Below, in pieces: positions 59,446 through 64,000 of a DNA stretch of 64,000 nucleotides (positions within the stretch are counted from its first letter, which is position 1; the number at the start of each line of letters is the position of its first letter). The notes beneath the pieces are model-generated. The model saw nothing but the letters and a program-made list of their open reading frames with translations, made no database searches and was not told the DNA's origin. The translations under genes and the position numbers were made by a program. The stretch lies in contig NC_057750.1 of the NCBI RefSeq assembly GCF_004010195.1, positions 428,378-492,377 on the forward strand. The letters are read 5' to 3'. Source of the stretch: Chiloscyllium plagiosum. Its lineage: Eukaryota.

Positions 59446-60293
59446 CACCTTTCAAAATTCTTGACTTTACTTGCAAATTTCAGTTCAAATCAATGTTTTT
59501 CCGCTGTGAATATGTTGGGTTAACGAGACTGTGGCTCCCTGAACCAAGGCTTTGATTATGGTCTTAGCTGCTGGGACATTTGCAAGTGGAAATCCTTTCT
59601 CCTCAAATTTTTTACATAAATATTTATATTAAAAACTTTTTCAAACCTTTTAAAAAACAACTATATATAAAAAGCAATACCAAAGTACAAAAAGGTAGCG
59701 GTAGTACAACAATATCATATCACCACCCTATTAATGATAAACTACCCAATCTTCAACCAGAACAAAGGTATCTACTTAAACTAAATTAAACTACAATCAA
59801 ATTAAATAAAAATTAAATGAAGCTGAATTCAAATTAGCTTAAATTAAATTATATCACATTATTCTATTTCACTCATCACACCTCCACTAAACTCACACCC
59901 CTGGGGGCATCAGTCATTGTACCCGTAATTTTTTTTTTCTTTCTCCTCATTTTAATACTAACTTTGCTAAGGAGACAAAGATAAAATCGGCATAGTCCCA
60001 GAAGCCGTGGAGTCGCAGGGGTGGGGAATGTGTGGGGGGGTTGGTGGGGAAGAGACAGAGACAGGGTTTACTGAGTTTAACCTGGTGCTCACCACATTAG
60101 GAGGTGGTGAAGATACTGTTGTCTAACGAGTTAAGGTTGGACAGGCACAGTCTATGCCCATTGCAGTTTAGAAAAACCAGAGGAGATCTTACTGAGACAT
60201 ATTTGACAGGACGTTTCCGCTTGTGGGTGAGACTAAAGCTGTCCAACACCATTTTAAAGTAAGGAATCTCCCATTAAAGACAGAGATAGAGTA

Positions 60294-60440
60294 ATAGAGT
60301 CATACGGCATGGAAACAGATCCTTCGGTCTAATCAGTCCATGTTGACCATAATTCCAAACTAAACTAGTCCCAATTGCCTGCACTTGGCCCATATCCCTC
60401 CAAACCATTTCCCATTCATGCACTTATCCAAATGTCTTTT
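60294..60440 (-). mobile_element. Young CR1 3' tail nested in an older plus-strand CR1 (~60150-60540)
   Basis: ATAGAGTCATACGGCATGGAAACAGATCCTTCGGTC..CCCATATCCCTCCAAACC. Confidence 0.8.
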
Positions 60441-61168
60441 GGAGTCTGCAGTCAGTTTAGCTATGTTCTTACCAATTGGCAGAGCAGATTTGAAGGGCTG
60501 AATAGCATACTTCTGCTTCTAATTTGGACATTTGCCTATGTCTCTCTGCACTGAAGTTGCTGTGATTAAAAGCACCTTAGAATAATAAAGCCTCATGGAG
60601 TTTTGTAACATCTAATAAAGGCCATGGTCAATTCCCTCTCCCCATCCACATAGCTGTTCCTCATCAGCAAGCCAGCTTGACAGAGTCAGTTCATTAATCC
60701 TGTACTCCCAATGGGCCAGCACGCTCAAGGAGAGTGTGAGCTGCAAGAATTTATCAAACAATCTCCTTGTCAGGCACCTTCGAGTGCGTCTCTCTGTTGA
60801 GACTGGGATCAGGAAGATTACACCATTCTTGTCATTTTATAGAATGAATCCAGTTGAGCAAGAACTTGTTGAGATTCCTTAATCTGGGAGAGCATGAGAA
60901 TTCTGGTGCAGAGATAGCAGTGAATCTAATGGGCTGATTGGCCACCTTCCATATTGAGATTTCTTTGATATTCTGAAAATTCTCCATTTTAACAATTTCC
61001 AGAAAGTTCATTCTTGATCTTATTAAGTTGTCAATTTGCTGCTATTTTTGCTTTGAGTATCTGGCTGTTTTTCTGTACATAGCAAAAAGCTTATCAGATT
61101 CCTATTCTTTGTGTCAAATATATAAACTCCACAAAATAGGCAAGATTGACAACTTCCCTCAGTCATCC

Positions 61169-61447
61169 GGGGTGGCTTAGTGGTTAGAACTGCTGCCCAG
61201 GGTCCTGGGTTCAATTCCAACCTTGGGTGACTGGGTGGAATTTACACATCACCCCCCATGTCTATGTGAGTTTCCTCTGGGTGCACTGGTTTCCTCCCAC
61301 AGCCCAAAGATGTGCAGGCTAAGTGGATTAGCCATGAGAAATGCAGGGTTAGGGTAATGGGCTGGGTCTGGGTTGGATGCTCTTTAGAGGGTTGGTGTGG
61401 ACTTGATGGGCTAAATGGTCTGCTTCTGCACTGTAAGGATTCCATTC
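61169..61447 (+). mobile_element. HE1-like V-SINE
   Basis: GGTGGCTTAGTGGTTAG..GGGTTCAATTCC..GGTTTCCTCCCACAG..CACTGTAAGGATTC. Confidence 0.85.
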
Positions 61448-63208
61448 TTGGGACATGGGTAAATGTTCATCTGGTTGCAATGTCCACCAAAATGGTTGAC
61501 CCTTAACCTCTGAAGTGACTGAGCAAATCATTCCCTTTTTTTAAATCAAGAAATTCCGCCCTCACTTTCACAAAGTCAACAAGGGGTGGGCAATATATGT
61601 CAGAATTAATGATGAAATGTCCTGGGCGATGGAGAGCAGGGTAAGTAATGAGCAAACTCCAAGGTGATTCTCAGAAGAGTTGTGTAGAAAGTTCCTCCTG
61701 TGACTGAAAAATAAAAATCTCACACAACGCCACAAATCTGTTTGCTGTTTGCATCAAGCAGTAGTACTGCAGTCATTAAACATCTCCCATTACGCATTGA
61801 CCAACCGTCAGTGACCATTCCTCACAGCTATTGGAGTCCTGTGGCTTCTCACAAAATATTATCTGACAGTTTTTCCTTCCCTACAGCAGACTTTAAAATA
61901 ATTCTTCAAATGTGAAAAGCTATGCCTGAAATGAGCAGCAGCAATGTATTATTTCTAAGATGGGGAAAGCCGGATAAACACATAAGGGAGAAAAGAAGTT
62001 AATGCTGAAGGGAGGGGAGATGAAGAGGCAATGGGGGAGGCTCGTGTGGGGTAACTGTGGGGCTGGAGAGCAGGAGGGTTGTTGGATGTTCCCTATAAAA
62101 CATCGTCACTTGTGACTGAAGTTATTTATCACACTCCTTCCCCATCATGCACATTCTGTCAGATAGATGGCTTGCTTACAGCTCTCATCACCTGCAGCCA
62201 CCTCCAGTAAATTGGGCAATAAGATTTTGAATTCCTATAGTGTGCAGAAGGTGAGAGACAATTTAGTGTAATGACAGTGCAGGTACAATTACTCCCTAGA
62301 TAATGAATAGCTGCTCCAGTGAACAATTGCACATAACGCTGAGGTGACTCTGATTTTGTGACTGAAAACAAAGTGGGGCAGAGATGAGATTCAGTGATGA
62401 GACTGATAACTGTTAGGGCCACAGGAAGGAGTGAGCATGGGGACAAACAAATGTTTGAAATCTGGAAGAAACGACAAAGGATTGAAAGTGAAGGAGTACA
62501 TTTAAAATAGGCTAAAGGATTAATTATCTTCTGAGGTTAAGGGCCTAAAGGGCATTGAATCTATCCACTGTGTATCCTTGGTCTGTGAATGGCTGACCTA
62601 GAAAGAATTTCTTTTACTTATTCATTAATCTGATAGTTGGATTAGACAGAGTCAGAGGTAACCAGATTAAGATTAACGTGACGAGAATACTAGTCCTCCC
62701 TTGGTCTTGGTGAGTCTGGTCTCCTTCCAGAATCCTCTCCTCTCTGATTAATTATCTTGGTCGTGTGGCATTTAATTAACATGGGAGGAGGTTCTAGCCT
62801 GGCACTTTCATTTTTATTGAAGAAAATAAATGCTTTGCTTAATTAACCTTCAAAATGTTTTATCCCTGTTGAGTTTCAGGATTTACATACCATTTTTAAA
62901 AAAAGTTTTAACTATAGTTTTGTTTCTGAAAGAAGTTTGGACTCCTGCATGTTTTTGATGTGTTGGAAGGGGTGTGAGTATTGTAGGTGGCACCTCTGAT
63001 CACTCAGGAAATCTGCCCATCATTCTGCCAATCAGCTGTCAGGAGCTGATATGTAGAACATTGTCAGGTTTCTCGGCCTATCACAGGCTTCAATGATGGC
63101 AAGGTGCCCAGGTGCTATTGGCCAATCAGAGCTGAGCAGCTCCTGGGTCCCAAAGTCCACTGCTCGATGTTGAGCCCTCGGCCATCCAGCCATGAGGAGG
63201 TCACTTCT

Positions 63209-63343
63209 CTAAAAACCAAAGGAATTGCTGAATCTGTAATTCAAAACCAAAAACAGAAATCGCTGGAAAAGCTCAGCATATCTGGCAGCATCTGTGGAGA
63301 GAAGTTAGAGGTAACTTTTTGAATCGAGTTACCCCGTCCTCAG
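63209..63343 (-). mobile_element. Single-arm PLE-type element beginning at a hammerhead-like core, 9-11 bp TSD
   Basis: AGGTCACTTCT at 63198-63208 and 63342-63352; minus strand starts CTGAGGA; body matches 33270-33372. Confidence 0.78.
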
Positions 63344-63409
63344 GTCACTTCTATCTCCTTTCCCACAAGGTGGAGCTCAGGGGATGAGGGGGAGGGCACA
63401 ATCACACAA

Positions 63410-63735
63410 TCGTGTCATAGGGTAGAAGAAGGCCATTCAGTCCATCATGCCTACATTGGTTCTCTGAGCACATTAACCTACTGTCATTCTCCTGCCTTTT
63501 CCCTATGACCCCATATACCATTTCTGTTTAAATAATCATCTAACACCATCTACAATGTCTCATGTGAGTCAGCCTCCATCACATTTCCAAGTAATTCATT
63601 CCATACCCTAACCACTCGCTCTGTGAAAAACATTTATTCTCACGTTGCATTTGCTACTTTTGTAAAACCCTTTAAAAGCTGTGCCTTCTGATTCTTGATC
63701 TGTTTTTCAGTGGGAGCACTTTCTCCCCATCATAT
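63410..63735 (-). mobile_element. Old CR1 3' fragment
   Basis: AGAAGGCCATTCAGTCCATCATGCC..CATTCCATACCCTAACCACTCGCTCTGTGAAAAA. Confidence 0.7.
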
Positions 63736-64000
63736 TCTGTGAAAACTGTTCACAAGCCAATGGGAATTGTCACCGTGATTTCTCTCCCTGTTTGTGGACA
63801 GTGAGCTCAAGGAGGGAGATGCTATGGAGTAATGTAGAACAGAGTTCGGCTATTCCATTAAAAAAAATCTGACAATGGAAAGGCAACGTGACATTCTGTG
63901 AGGAATTATTCTCAAAGTGGACTATCCCATTGCTCAGCACAGTCTCTGGTCATTCAAAACACGGGGAAAATTTTGAATTGGAATTTTAAGACCAATGATC

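Noticed and set aside
59600..59940. A-rich strand-biased tract as an L1/Tx1 3' end
   Set aside because: Only low-complexity composition supports it; no protein motif or TSD seen

Overview
This is a repeat-dense, AT-rich eukaryotic window with four assembly gaps (34773-34930, 40500-40566, 55654-56248, 57615-58274). The repeat spectrum points to a cartilaginous fish (shark-type) genome; that assignment is an inference. It comprises CR1 LINE fragments, HE1-like V-SINEs, Deu-domain SINEs, tRNA-derived SINEs with an L2-type tail, a Rex1/Babar fragment, a solo LTR and a Tc1/pogo-type MITE. I found no intact host gene, tRNA, rRNA or CRISPR array. All recognisable long ORFs are decayed retroelement ORFs or read-through of minisatellites and N-runs. 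The most interesting signal is a dense set of about 12 short, non-coding, Penelope-like (PLE)-type elements carrying minimal type-I hammerhead ribozyme motifs (CUGAnGA - stem II - GAAA - palindromic mini stem III - UH). Many are built as head-to-head fold-backs with one ribozyme per strand, several are flanked by 11-16 bp target-site duplications, and stem II covaries between subfamilies. Single-arm copies begin exactly at the C of the ribozyme core. The window also shows local DNA-repair or template-switch scars (a 63-bp exact templated copy, a 40-bp perfect palindrome, a 14-nt fold-back insertion, a 382-bp tandem duplication) and minisatellites, one of them expanded from a SINE segment. Family names come from motif recall, not database searches.
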